A DNA stretch of 32,431 nt from the IMG/VR virus record IMGVR_UViG_3300032164_000928, positions 1 to 32,431 of that record. One strand, written 5' to 3'. Source of the DNA: a virus. Its lineage: Duplodnaviria > Caudoviricetes. The position numbers and the translations under genes were made by a program. How positions within the stretch are numbered: the first letter of the stretch is position 1; each line of letters opens with the position of its first letter. Positions 17,289 through 26,403 of the stretch are shown here, one piece after another. The notes beneath the pieces are model-generated. The model did no database searches. It was given only the letters and a program-made list of their open reading frames with translations, and was not told where the DNA came from.

Positions 17289-18526
17289 CACACCCCTCGC
17301 GCAGTAGACAACACAGGGATTACCAGAGGCTTGCCTGGAGGCAATCGTACGGTGGTCAGCTTGATCTTGTTGGTCCTCAAAATGTCAATTGCATGGTCGG
17401 GAGTACCGTACCACTTCTTTGATATCGAATACGCCGTGTCCCCTTGCTTCACGACATGCACGCCGAGGATCGTTCGAGACGTCGTGTTCTGCGTCGCCGT
17501 GCGACGAACTGCTTCGTTGCGAGCGCCACCCATCTGGGAGATTTGTGTCTGTGCCGACACCGCCATCACTTGTGACTGCCTCGCGAGTTCTCGTCCCGTA
17601 CCTATCGTGCTTCCAAAATACTTTGCAGACCGCGTGAGATCGGCAACGTTGTGCTTCGTTGTGTAGGCTTCCGGGGGCATACGGCTCATCGTGTCGCAGT
17701 ACTGATTGCAAATGTACGTCGTGTTTCTGGCTACGCTTAGTAACGAATTGGCTACGCTGTATGGTACGGCTCGGAACTTGTTCGCCATGTCTGCAACGCG
17801 ACGGAGGCTGTTGACTTGCTGCCGGACCGCGCGCCCGAACGAATCGGCAATCGCCATTGGAGCATTCGCCAGAGCTTCGAGCTGTCCTAATGTGAGAAAG
17901 GACGTACTCTTCTTGAGGCCCTTTGCGTAGGCATTGATCGCATTAAAGTTAACGGCCGTATAACACTGCTCGGCGTAGGACAGATACTTCGAAATACTCG
18001 ATGCCTCTTCGTCGTCGCGTGTAGCTACAACCTTCTGGACGGTACCGCCTCTGCTCTGCCACTCCCACTCGAATTTCCATTTGATGTCTTCGAGTCGGGT
18101 ATGTGGGAACTCCCAGGTCTTGCACCGACCCTCGCGTACGAGGTTGAATTCCTGCCCGAGATAGTCCTCTGCCACCCACGTTACACGAAGCCGTTGCCCG
18201 CTGTAGAATATGGAATCGAACAAATCTCGGAGCGTCGTCGGGTTGACTACGCTCGAACTGTTTCCACCACCTTCGCTATACTTGCACGGATTGCGACCCA
18301 ACAACGTACGATGCCATTCGCCCTCCCAAGAGACCGGAACTTCGCGAGGACCGAATACTTGCTGAGTTGCCTCTTGGGGGTTACCTGGGTACCACGCAGT
18401 GACTAGCTTTTGTTCGGTCTTCCATGCTACGCCTTGATGAGGAAGACCCGCACCGTGAAGCTCAACTCGCCGTTTCTGTCCGGCTAGCTCCTCGACAATG
18501 ACGACTGTAGCTCGTTGCTTCGGCAT
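17288..18526 (-). CDS. Tail tube initiator fused to C-terminal LysM domain (gpU+gpX-like)
   Basis: C-terminal HVVKQGDTAYSISKKWYG...ILRTNKI...PGKPLVIP is LysM-like; directly after TMP. Confidence 0.85.
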   Translation of the reverse strand: MPKQRATVVIVEELAGQKRRVELHGAGLPHQGVAWKTEQKLVTAWYPGNPQEATQQVFGPREVPVSWEGEWHRTLLGRNPCKYSEGGGNSSSVVNPTTLRDLFDSIFYSGQRLRVTWVAEDYLGQEFNLVREGRCKTWEFPHTRLEDIKWKFEWEWQSRGGTVQKVVATRDDEEASSISKYLSYAEQCYTAVNFNAINAYAKGLKKSTSFLTLGQLEALANAPMAIADSFGRAVRQQVNSLRRVADMANKFRAVPYSVANSLLSVARNTTYICNQYCDTMSRMPPEAYTTKHNVADLTRSAKYFGSTIGTGRELARQSQVMAVSAQTQISQMGGARNEAVRRTATQNTTSRTILGVHVVKQGDTAYSISKKWYGTPDHAIDILRTNKIKLTTVRLPPGKPLVIPVLSTARGV

Positions 18527-20547
18527 TATCCTAGGTTCCCCACTCTGCTCTGCGTCGGTGTCAGCGCGGCTTTCAAGAGGTCTCGTTGGAACACAATGGC
18601 AATACGGTCAGGATCTTGGTCTCTGAAGTCCTGTTTGATGTTGAACGTGTTTCCTCCACCAATGAGCGGACCCCTATGTGGGGGCGGAACTCCGCCTTTC
18701 CCCTTACCCACAAGTTCCGCAAGATTGTTTGCCGCCTGCTCGAATTCGGGCCCTGCTGCCTTGAGCGCTGCTATGAGTGCATCAAATCCTCCTGTTATGC
18801 TCTCTCCCGACATAAATAGCGAATACTGCAAAGCATTACTGTTAGTCAGCGTAGATAACGCGACCTGCATCAACCCGGCATTCCCTGATGCAGCTGCAGC
18901 ATTGAACATCGCACTGTATTGAGATGCCATATCGGCCATTGCAGCTTGGGTATCAGACTGAACGAGCATCTTCTCGCGATCCAAACTGTTGGCGAGCACA
19001 TCTCCAAATCCTATCTCAGGTACCGGAATGTTCCCCCCCGCCCCTCGCCCAGTGGACATAGATTCGGTGTTGGCATAGCTCGCTTGCGCCGCGATGAACT
19101 CTGCACGTTTACCTTGCAGAGCTATTTGTTGATCGACTACGGCCTCTTCCTTCTTGTTAAGTGCTAATTGTGCTTCCAACCCGCGATTTGCTACACCTAC
19201 AGTCTCATCCCATAGCAGATACGCGTTGTAGGCAGCAGTACCTACAGCTGCGATCGCAAGTGTCGCGGCACCTAATGCAACGGCTGCGCCCATTGCTCCA
19301 GCCGATGCGGCCATCCCGAATATGGGTGCTCCTGCAGCACCTGCGCTAGCTATTGCTTTCACGACGAACCCTGCACCTTGCGCTGCGGCACCTACACCGG
19401 GCACTCCACTTGCCGCTTTAGCTGCTGCTAACGCAAGGATAATCTCCTTGTGCGCAACCATGAATTGCAACACGGACATCAGCGCAGCAGAGCCCTTTTC
19501 GAGTGCGGACCATATCTCGTTGCTGTGCGTCTGTAGGTAATTGAATGCCTCTTGCATCTTGGCAGCGGCTTCTTTCGACCATGCGCCTACCTTGTCGCCT
19601 AGCGACTTAGCCCATTGTTCGACTGCATCCTTATGTTCTGTGAAGTACTTACGAAGTTGCTCTAAAGACGGACGTATTGCATCGAGGATGCCCTTCAACA
19701 CTGGAACTCCAACCGTCTCTAGTAACAACGCCTTCTGTTCCTTGATAGACGTGATGAGTTGCCCCATCGACATCGGAATGGTCTTGGCTTTCGCCGCCAT
19801 AATTTCAATGGCCTTTTCGGCCATTGCCGTAACCGGAGCTTGTCCGGTCTTCCCCCATTCAGCGGCAATTGCTTTGATGTGCTTTGGCGCCTTTGCTAAG
19901 GCATCCTCAGACGCCATCATAGTCATGTCCTTGGCAATCTCCTTTGCCGTACCTCCCATCAATCCAGCCTGTTTGATGAGCATTACAATTGGATTGCGCG
20001 CACGAACAACGCCCATCTCTACCATCTGGAAGCCTTGAGTTATCGCCTCAAGTCCCCCAGGCACAATACGTCCGGCCATCGCTGCTTGCTCGACCATCTT
20101 TGTAATGTGGTCGGTAGACTTACTCGACCGCGCGGAAATATCCTCAAAGGCTTCAACCATTGAATGATGGGACGTTCCGGTTTCAATTCCGACCATCTGC
20201 ATCTGATGGACGTAGCCTTCCGCTTGTTTCTGGAGACTGCCCCAACTTCGGCTAGGATCGGACACCATCATCAACGTGGACGCCATATGCCGAACTTCGG
20301 TATTGTGCGCCTTTGCTGCTCCGATCATCTCGGTCCACATACCGCCGAGCCCCGAGACCATACTGCCGATATTGACTCCGATAGCAACAGCTGCCGTCTG
20401 CTTCGCAAAGTCTGCGAGCTTACCTACAGCAGAACCGGCAGCCCCCGATACTCGGTCGAACCCACTCTTGATACTGCTCAACGCCGAACTTGCACGATCT
20501 TCGAGCTTTAGTACCGCCGCAACCTGAACTTCGGTATTCTCAGCCAT
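18526..20547 (-). CDS. Tape measure protein
   Basis: 673 aa, Ala/Gly-rich helical, N-terminal LKLEDRAS motif, hydrophobic segments; follows frameshifted chaperone. Confidence 0.9.
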   Translation of the reverse strand: MAENTEVQVAAVLKLEDRASSALSSIKSGFDRVSGAAGSAVGKLADFAKQTAAVAIGVNIGSMVSGLGGMWTEMIGAAKAHNTEVRHMASTLMMVSDPSRSWGSLQKQAEGYVHQMQMVGIETGTSHHSMVEAFEDISARSSKSTDHITKMVEQAAMAGRIVPGGLEAITQGFQMVEMGVVRARNPIVMLIKQAGLMGGTAKEIAKDMTMMASEDALAKAPKHIKAIAAEWGKTGQAPVTAMAEKAIEIMAAKAKTIPMSMGQLITSIKEQKALLLETVGVPVLKGILDAIRPSLEQLRKYFTEHKDAVEQWAKSLGDKVGAWSKEAAAKMQEAFNYLQTHSNEIWSALEKGSAALMSVLQFMVAHKEIILALAAAKAASGVPGVGAAAQGAGFVVKAIASAGAAGAPIFGMAASAGAMGAAVALGAATLAIAAVGTAAYNAYLLWDETVGVANRGLEAQLALNKKEEAVVDQQIALQGKRAEFIAAQASYANTESMSTGRGAGGNIPVPEIGFGDVLANSLDREKMLVQSDTQAAMADMASQYSAMFNAAAASGNAGLMQVALSTLTNSNALQYSLFMSGESITGGFDALIAALKAAGPEFEQAANNLAELVGKGKGGVPPPHRGPLIGGGNTFNIKQDFRDQDPDRIAIVFQRDLLKAALTPTQSRVGNLG

Positions 20548-20863
20548 TGCGTTCGTTCCATCCAGGTACAGCGTCCTCGTTTTCCAACATTTCAGTTAGT
20601 ACGGCAGTTGCGGCATCCAACTCCGCAACAGGTCGGTGATTCCATCCGAAGAAGTCCACACGTCCGTACCTTGATAGTGCCATCTTCTGCCGCATTCTAG
20701 CCTTCACCCGATCTTCCACATCGAACTCTATCAAATGCCAGGCAGGTGCCGGCTCACCGTAGATTTGAGCGACTAGGAGCGTCTTGCACGCCTCGTAGTG
20801 CTCGTACAAATCGAAGGGCTCCCAGCCCTCGCGGGCTAAGAGACGTCCTCGATATGCAAACAA
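20540..20863 (-). CDS. C-terminal (-1 frame) part of tail assembly chaperone, lambda gpT-equivalent
   Basis: Overlaps the chaperone 3' end in the -1 frame just after a slippery heptamer; only a TTG start without RBS. Confidence 0.8.
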   Translation of the reverse strand: MFAYRGRLLAREGWEPFDLYEHYEACKTLLVAQIYGEPAPAWHLIEFDVEDRVKARMRQKMALSRYGRVDFFGWNHRPVAELDAATAVLTEMLENEDAVPGWNERNG

Positions 20864-20875
20864 TTGACGAAAAAA
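20799..20875 (-). promoter_or_regulatory. Programmed -1 ribosomal frameshift signal: T_TTT_TTC (20875-20869) plus downstream hairpin (20862-20799)
   Basis: GAT TTT TTC in chaperone frame; -1 frame reads RQLFAYRGRLL... to 20540; hairpin core CTCTTAGCCC-GCGA-GGGCTGGGAG. Confidence 0.85.
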
Positions 20876-21429
20876 TCGGCTTGGTCCTCCGAACTTAGAG
20901 CATGCGTCTTGAGATACACATTGATGAGCTGTTGCCGATAAGCCGGTCCGATCTCATCCCAGAACGTGTTGACATTTCCTGGCCCGGGCCTCCCCGACCA
21001 ATCAACTTTCACACCGTCGATTGCCCGAATAGTCATTTTCGTCATCTCGGACACCGAACGAAGGTTTTCGCCCATACACCGCTTAAGGGACACCATCTCT
21101 TCAGACGCAGTGAGCCCCCATATGATGATGCTACGATCTCCCTTGCTTGGAATTCGAGTGAGCTTAGCCTTGCAGCGTACGTATGTGACAAGCACCTCGG
21201 GTGGCATGGCAAGATTTGGGGGCACGACAACCCAAGCTGGATGCGTTCCGTGCGGCCGCGGTTCGACATCGTCGATTGCCAGAATGGGTTCTACAGCGTC
21301 GCTGGATTCTGGGCCAACTTCGCCTAAGAGTGCCTTCTCTTCGAGAGTGAGATTGGTAGATACCGTCGCTCGGACGGCGTCGGCAAACGTATCAGGTTTA
21401 CCCCTCTGCCGTTGTGCTGCTGCGTTCAT
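20836..21429 (-). CDS. Tail assembly chaperone, lambda gpG-equivalent
   Basis: Between tube and TMP, GGAGG RBS 7 nt upstream, slippery site near the 3' end. Confidence 0.85.
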   Translation of the reverse strand: MNAAAQRQRGKPDTFADAVRATVSTNLTLEEKALLGEVGPESSDAVEPILAIDDVEPRPHGTHPAWVVVPPNLAMPPEVLVTYVRCKAKLTRIPSKGDRSIIIWGLTASEEMVSLKRCMGENLRSVSEMTKMTIRAIDGVKVDWSGRPGPGNVNTFWDEIGPAYRQQLINVYLKTHALSSEDQADFFVNCLHIEDVS

Positions 21430-21552
21430 TACTGCGCCTCCAGTTAGGGTGGGCTCTCTCGGGGAGGTTGGAGGCGCAGGTTTAGCTGCGGGTGACCACC
21501 TCGATAGAGCCCAGAAACGGGCCTAAACCCGACTGCGCCTCCGTCCACATGC
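21430..21552 (-). promoter_or_regulatory. Structured intergenic RNA with RBS, anti-RBS and anti-anti-RBS segments
   Basis: Plus-strand actgcgcctcc at 21431-21441 and 21532-21542, complement at 21469-21479; second inverted pair 21450-21464 / 21499-21513 (13 of 15). Confidence 0.7.
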
Positions 21553-21981
21553 TTAGATCCTTTGCGGAACTTCGCACATACCGTCTAGCTTGACCTTCAC
21601 ATAGTCACCACGGGAACTGATGTTGATAGGCGTAGCTCCGAACTTTGCGTCCCCAAACATCATGGTCGGGGACTCCCCGTTCGGGAAGTTCATGACGGCC
21701 AGGATGTTGAACTGTAAGTCTGGGGTTACACGCATTTGCCGGTCCAGGATGGATTGATGGAAATCAAACCATTCTGTTGCATGCAGGTTCAGTTCGAGAT
21801 CGAACTTCGTCTGATTGTAGATGTCATCAACCTGATTCCACTTCTCGCCAAGGTAGCCTTGAGTCTTGGTTTCAGATTGAAACTCTGCATTGAAGTTCTG
21901 AATGTCCGTTAGAGTAGTCTGCGGTTCACCTGCTTTGCAGATGATAATCTGCACTTCTTGGCCTTTCAACCTTTGAGACAT
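21553..21981 (-). CDS. Tail tube protein
   Basis: 142 aa, beta-rich, directly after sheath; RLKGQEV...QGYLGE pattern. Confidence 0.85.
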   Translation of the reverse strand: MSQRLKGQEVQIIICKAGEPQTTLTDIQNFNAEFQSETKTQGYLGEKWNQVDDIYNQTKFDLELNLHATEWFDFHQSILDRQMRVTPDLQFNILAVMNFPNGESPTMMFGDAKFGATPINISSRGDYVKVKLDGMCEVPQRI

Positions 21982-22003
21982 ATTGACCTTCTTCCCTTGA
22001 CAA

Positions 22004-24199
22004 CTAGACTGTTTCAGTCGTCGTGATAACCGACTCGCCGATCATGGTTTCAAGCGTAATACTATCCAAACTGGATAGCGTGCGGATCTTCAACACTAGT
22101 CGGTAGAGACCCATGGCGAGCTCGGTTGGCGTATTTGACGAATCGCTCAAGGAGTAGCTATTCTGTCGGTTCTTGAGCGTATCCATGTAAGCGACGATCT
22201 CGCCTTTGACTGCCTTACGGCGCATAGCAGTTGCGAGCTTCTTCGAAAAACCCTTGAGACGGAGAGCCATGGTGTCTTGCACCATGTCTGCGTACCGGCG
22301 ACGCGCGATGTTTCGGTAGTTCGGGTACACGGCAGGATCGACACTTGTCACACCTGATTGGAAGAACGCGGTTCCTCCGTCGATACGGATCGCACAAATG
22401 CCAGACGACCTGAAGTTTGTGTAGTCGATGATCGTGAAGCCTTGGGCATTCGGGCTTGTTTCGACACTGTTGATTGCAGTGAGGAATGGAGTTTCTTGTC
22501 CGGGATTCTCTTCTGGCGGAAGCTGTGACATCAAACTGGCGAGGAACCCATCGGCCCCCACGTCGACAGCTCCAGTTGCGGTGAAGCCTGCACCTCCTGC
22601 AGTCCCTCGGGTGGCAATCGACGGTACCGTCGTGTTGACCCCAGGATAACAGTACGCTACCCGTTGGTCTCTGTACGCGCCGACTCCTGGTTCAGCTGCC
22701 GTACTGCGAGCCGTCGAACGTGTGATGCCAAGAGGGGCGCGAACACAAGCGAACCGCCCAAAGCATCCGTTCGCACTAGCATCAATTGCATTCGACTTTA
22801 CCATACGACGGACAGTGTTGGACTGGCGAGCACAGAAGGAGATGTTGACCTCCTTTGCAACCGAGTTCAGATCGACGGTGCTGGCATAAGCTGTTGTGTA
22901 GGTGGCATCAATTGCAGCTTCCGACAATGCGGCCACTAGCGGCGCGTAATTGATGCATGCAAAAGCGCCAATGTCTGGTGCGTCGTATACGGTCGTGATC
23001 GTACCTGCAACAGCTCCCACATTCGTTCCGTCGTCGAGTGCTGGGCGAACCTTCATAGTATAAGGTCCCGCACTAGCAGCCGTAATGCTCACATCCTGCA
23101 TGGTGACCCACTCGGTCCCACCGGAGTTCCGCACGCGCGTGCCTGCGGATAGCATACCTGCGTCTCCAGTTGCGGCACTAACTACAACATCCAACGGAGC
23201 GAATCCAAACGCGATTGCAGTTGAAGTACTCTTGACTTTCAATGTGCCCGTGCCTGGAATACCGATGTTGATCATCCGAATGCGAGATTGACTGTCTGTT
23301 GTGACCTTGAGATTCGGATCGGCTGCGACGCAGACCGTGTGAGCTTCAGATACGCTAACGGCTGCAATGTTCTGTACGTTACACGTACCAGGAGCCGGAT
23401 GCGTAACCGCAGCCGACAAGCCTAGCTTGGTGAGTACGCCTGTAGAGCCACTCACCACACCGACCGTACTTGCATTGCCCTTGATGCGAGCAGTCAGCCG
23501 AAGCTCACCACCAGACACTGTGGCGAATGTCCAACCAGCATATTGATTGATGCGAGCCGCAACCTGTGTGGCGGTCTGGTCACTGGACAAGAAAGTCGTG
23601 GTGAATTGCGGTTGATCGTCCCAGTACAACGTGAGCGTTTCACCACCAGCAAACACCGTCGGGTAGGTACCACCAGAGCCGGTCACGGCTGCTACGATTG
23701 CAGTAAACGTAGCTGTCACATCACCGGCGCCGCTATCGACAATTAGCGTCTGCCCCGAGTCAAGTACGTACCGCCATGCCGCAATACCTGTAAGCATTGC
23801 GCAACGGGTAAACGTCACAGACCCGGTACTCGTATCCGCGCGCACAAGCACGAGACGCTTGAACTTCTTTCCGTTGAGCTGCACGATAGAGTTACCGTTC
23901 CAATACTCATCGACAAGCGCTGCATCTGCACGACGCTTGACGGCGCAAGGATTGTTAGCTATCACCCCTCCGTAGGCGTAGCCGTGCGTTCCGAACACGT
24001 TCTTCAAATCGGTTGAGCTTGACACCTCTGTTGGCGTATTGAACGGGCCGTTTTCAAACTCCCCTACCAACATCACAGTACCTGTACCGATCCCCTGAAT
24101 GCTAGCAGGCGGTTCTAGGTCGAGAATGTTGATGGACTCGATCTCAAGCAGCACCTCATTGCCCGGATCGAAGAGAAATCGTCTAATGAAACCACTCAT
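22004..24199 (-). CDS. Contractile tail sheath protein with inserted domains
   Basis: IQGIGTGTVMLVGEFENGPFNTPTEVSS..DL..VFG N-terminal motif; C-terminal YRNIARRRYADMV. Confidence 0.93.
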   Translation of the reverse strand: MSGFIRRFLFDPGNEVLLEIESINILDLEPPASIQGIGTGTVMLVGEFENGPFNTPTEVSSSTDLKNVFGTHGYAYGGVIANNPCAVKRRADAALVDEYWNGNSIVQLNGKKFKRLVLVRADTSTGSVTFTRCAMLTGIAAWRYVLDSGQTLIVDSGAGDVTATFTAIVAAVTGSGGTYPTVFAGGETLTLYWDDQPQFTTTFLSSDQTATQVAARINQYAGWTFATVSGGELRLTARIKGNASTVGVVSGSTGVLTKLGLSAAVTHPAPGTCNVQNIAAVSVSEAHTVCVAADPNLKVTTDSQSRIRMINIGIPGTGTLKVKSTSTAIAFGFAPLDVVVSAATGDAGMLSAGTRVRNSGGTEWVTMQDVSITAASAGPYTMKVRPALDDGTNVGAVAGTITTVYDAPDIGAFACINYAPLVAALSEAAIDATYTTAYASTVDLNSVAKEVNISFCARQSNTVRRMVKSNAIDASANGCFGRFACVRAPLGITRSTARSTAAEPGVGAYRDQRVAYCYPGVNTTVPSIATRGTAGGAGFTATGAVDVGADGFLASLMSQLPPEENPGQETPFLTAINSVETSPNAQGFTIIDYTNFRSSGICAIRIDGGTAFFQSGVTSVDPAVYPNYRNIARRRYADMVQDTMALRLKGFSKKLATAMRRKAVKGEIVAYMDTLKNRQNSYSLSDSSNTPTELAMGLYRLVLKIRTLSSLDSITLETMIGESVITTTETV

Positions 24200-24229
24200 C
24201 TGATGTCTCCTATGCTGCTCGGTCTACGA

Positions 24230-24245
24230 GTCGCAACGTTGCGAC
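24230..24245. repeat. Perfect 16-bp palindrome GTCGCAACGTTGCGAC upstream of the sheath gene
   Basis: Loopless inverted repeat in a 54-nt intergenic gap. Confidence 0.85.
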
Positions 24246-24253
24246 ATAGTTTC

Positions 24254-24949
24254 TCACGTTCCATCGTTTACGTCTACAGCTGTGTACGGCTGCAACGTGA
24301 CAGCGTTCACAAGCGCCACTACGTTGAACCGCATTTCGATTGAAAAGTTGGTCTGTAGCCTACCCTTTCGGGCTGCATCGTTGCTTATATTCATACGGTC
24401 GAGCAAAGTGAAGCATACCGTCTCGTCCCAATAATCGGGCATTCGAAATCGTACACCGTACATGTACTCGATTGGCGTTAGCGATACTTCGATGCCAGCG
24501 CACAGAGCTCGACGCATCGTCCTAGTTGGCGCCCATACTTCTAACGTGAAGATCTCGAAGTACTCGCTCTGCCATTGAATGACTGTACCTTTGCCAAACT
24601 TGTCCCTTGTTGATTCGTCAAGGTATGCACACAGCCCGATGCAGTTATAGATGGCTTTACCAGGAGTGATTGCCATTGCCGGCAACTCTGCCTCTTGGAT
24701 TGCGTCAGCGTCCTCGATGAAAAACCGGTCTGGGCAGATTTTGAAGTCCTTAGAGGGACCGGGATTCGTAGCGGATACTTGGCTACCAGTGGGCACATAA
24801 AATGTAAGCTCTCCAATGTACTTCCGCAGAATGCTTAGAGCTACACTACGCCCATCCACTACAGGCAACGGCGGAGGCATGCGAGGGGGGTAGACAGTCC
24901 CCCAAGGCAATCCTTGAATCAATGCCGTCGCGTCGCCTTCGTACCTCAC
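24254..24949 (-). CDS. Putative tail terminator / tail completion protein
   Basis: Last neck gene before sheath; LPAMAI...FTLEVWAPT..MRRAL pattern; GTGA overlap. Confidence 0.7.
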   Translation of the reverse strand: MRYEGDATALIQGLPWGTVYPPRMPPPLPVVDGRSVALSILRKYIGELTFYVPTGSQVSATNPGPSKDFKICPDRFFIEDADAIQEAELPAMAITPGKAIYNCIGLCAYLDESTRDKFGKGTVIQWQSEYFEIFTLEVWAPTRTMRRALCAGIEVSLTPIEYMYGVRFRMPDYWDETVCFTLLDRMNISNDAARKGRLQTNFSIEMRFNVVALVNAVTLQPYTAVDVNDGT

Positions 24950-25440
24950 GGCTTCCCCATCTCAGCCGCAACATGTTTGTTGATTCTGGCTTGGATATTT
25001 GCACAAGCCTTCTCCAAGATGCGGAGTCCATTCGGCATCCACATACCTCGACGCTGTATTGACAATGCGATGGCAAATGCAATCTGCCGAACCTCGGTTG
25101 CCGTCTGAGCTAACCCATGCACCTTCACCCAGTGAGCAAGCTCATCAATCATCTTGCGCCCAATAGGGGCTCCGGCGCGTCGTCCGTACTCGATGATTGG
25201 CGCGTGCGGCGCCGTACTGAACACGATTGCTCCGTCGGGCAGCATTTTCGTCTTCCAAGACCCAGCATAAATGCCACGAAATCGCTGAAGACCTGATGCC
25301 GGGATGTACGACGATACGATGTCCCTATGCATTTCGACAGCAGCGGACTGCAACCCTTTGATTGCAGCCGTGCGTACCTTCGTATTGAAGAACGCCTGGA
25401 TCTTCACCCCAGCATCTTCAAGCCGAAACACATACGCCAT
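24946..25440 (-). CDS. HK97 gp10-like neck/tail component
   Basis: GIYAGSW...VFSTAPHAPIIEYG motif; synteny. Confidence 0.75.
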   Translation of the reverse strand: MAYVFRLEDAGVKIQAFFNTKVRTAAIKGLQSAAVEMHRDIVSSYIPASGLQRFRGIYAGSWKTKMLPDGAIVFSTAPHAPIIEYGRRAGAPIGRKMIDELAHWVKVHGLAQTATEVRQIAFAIALSIQRRGMWMPNGLRILEKACANIQARINKHVAAEMGKP

Positions 25441-25997
25441 TATCCCTCACATTGCGTGGTTAGAGTTGCAGTTGTTGCGTCGTGATCTGTGCCTATCCGT
25501 TCGAGCAAAATATCCCACGAAACCGAACCGGCTCGTCGATGCGGCTTTGCAGCCAGTCTGAATCGCTGCCGTAACGGCACAGGATCGCCCCGCCCGTCTT
25601 CGAAGATCTCATAGAAGAAGTTATGATTCTCGGGAAGCCGTTCTTCGTGGGGCTCGGGTACCCAATGCCCCGTCAATTGGTCGAGTGTGTAGGTTGCGCT
25701 TACTAACCGTACGCGCAGCAGGCCTATCGGGATCGAACCTATAGTGAACGCCGTCAGTAGAATGTTCTCCATCGACTCCACTCGCGGCGTCGGAAGGATC
25801 TCGATCCGTTTAATCTCGATTTCTCGACCTTCACCGCGTTCGGTGCCAGAAAACACAGTCCATACAAGGCATACTCGATACGGACGTAATCCTAGTTTCG
25901 TTGCAATCTGCCGCACACGATCAACTCTTGGACCTAGTCTATGCGCTAGAGAGCGCTTAGCTTGTCCGGGGTTGAGGGCGACAGGCTTAGGCATCAC
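25440..25997 (-). CDS. Putative head-closure protein
   Basis: Beta-rich 185-aa ORF after the adaptor; synteny only. Confidence 0.55.
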   Translation of the reverse strand: MMPKPVALNPGQAKRSLAHRLGPRVDRVRQIATKLGLRPYRVCLVWTVFSGTERGEGREIEIKRIEILPTPRVESMENILLTAFTIGSIPIGLLRVRLVSATYTLDQLTGHWVPEPHEERLPENHNFFYEIFEDGRGDPVPLRQRFRLAAKPHRRAGSVSWDILLERIGTDHDATTATLTTQCEG

Positions 25998-26392
25998 TAT
26001 CTCGATACAGGTATATTGATACCCATTCCTCCAAATCTTCTATCGAATGGATTAGCATAGATTCCGAGTAGGTTACTTAACGAATGCCGCCAGTACATGT
26101 ACTCCGTACGCAGTTCGCCCATCTCGGTCTTACGAATGCCGATCTCATCCACCTTGTCTACAGCCAGCAGCTCGCGGTCGGCATTCATTTGCTCCTCGAT
26201 GTTATCGAGAATTGCAACATGCCGGCGAACTTCGGGCTCAGCTGCTATGAGCACGCGATTCATCGCCCCTTCGATGATGAACTGTGTTTCGATTGCTGCG
26301 GGAGCCCCGAGCACGAACGTGAAGGCGGCAGCTACATTTAAGTACCCGAGATGATGTCTGATCTTCACTTTTTCTTCCTCAGAAAACGGCAT
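25997..26392 (-). CDS. Putative head-tail adaptor
   Basis: 131-aa helical protein beginning MPFSEEEKVKIRHHLGY; first neck-position gene; AGGAG RBS. Confidence 0.65.
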   Translation of the reverse strand: MPFSEEEKVKIRHHLGYLNVAAAFTFVLGAPAAIETQFIIEGAMNRVLIAAEPEVRRHVAILDNIEEQMNADRELLAVDKVDEIGIRKTEMGELRTEYMYWRHSLSNLLGIYANPFDRRFGGMGINIPVSR

Positions 26393-26403
26393 CAGATCAT
26401 CTC

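Noticed and set aside
21430-21552. Intrinsic terminator, hammerhead ribozyme or tRNA
   Set aside because: No U-tract, no CUGANGA core, no cloverleaf or T-loop; the pairing centres on the RBS.
13059-24199. eCIS, tailocin or T6SS locus
   Set aside because: Capsid, scaffold, MuF and head-tail joining genes are in the same operon.
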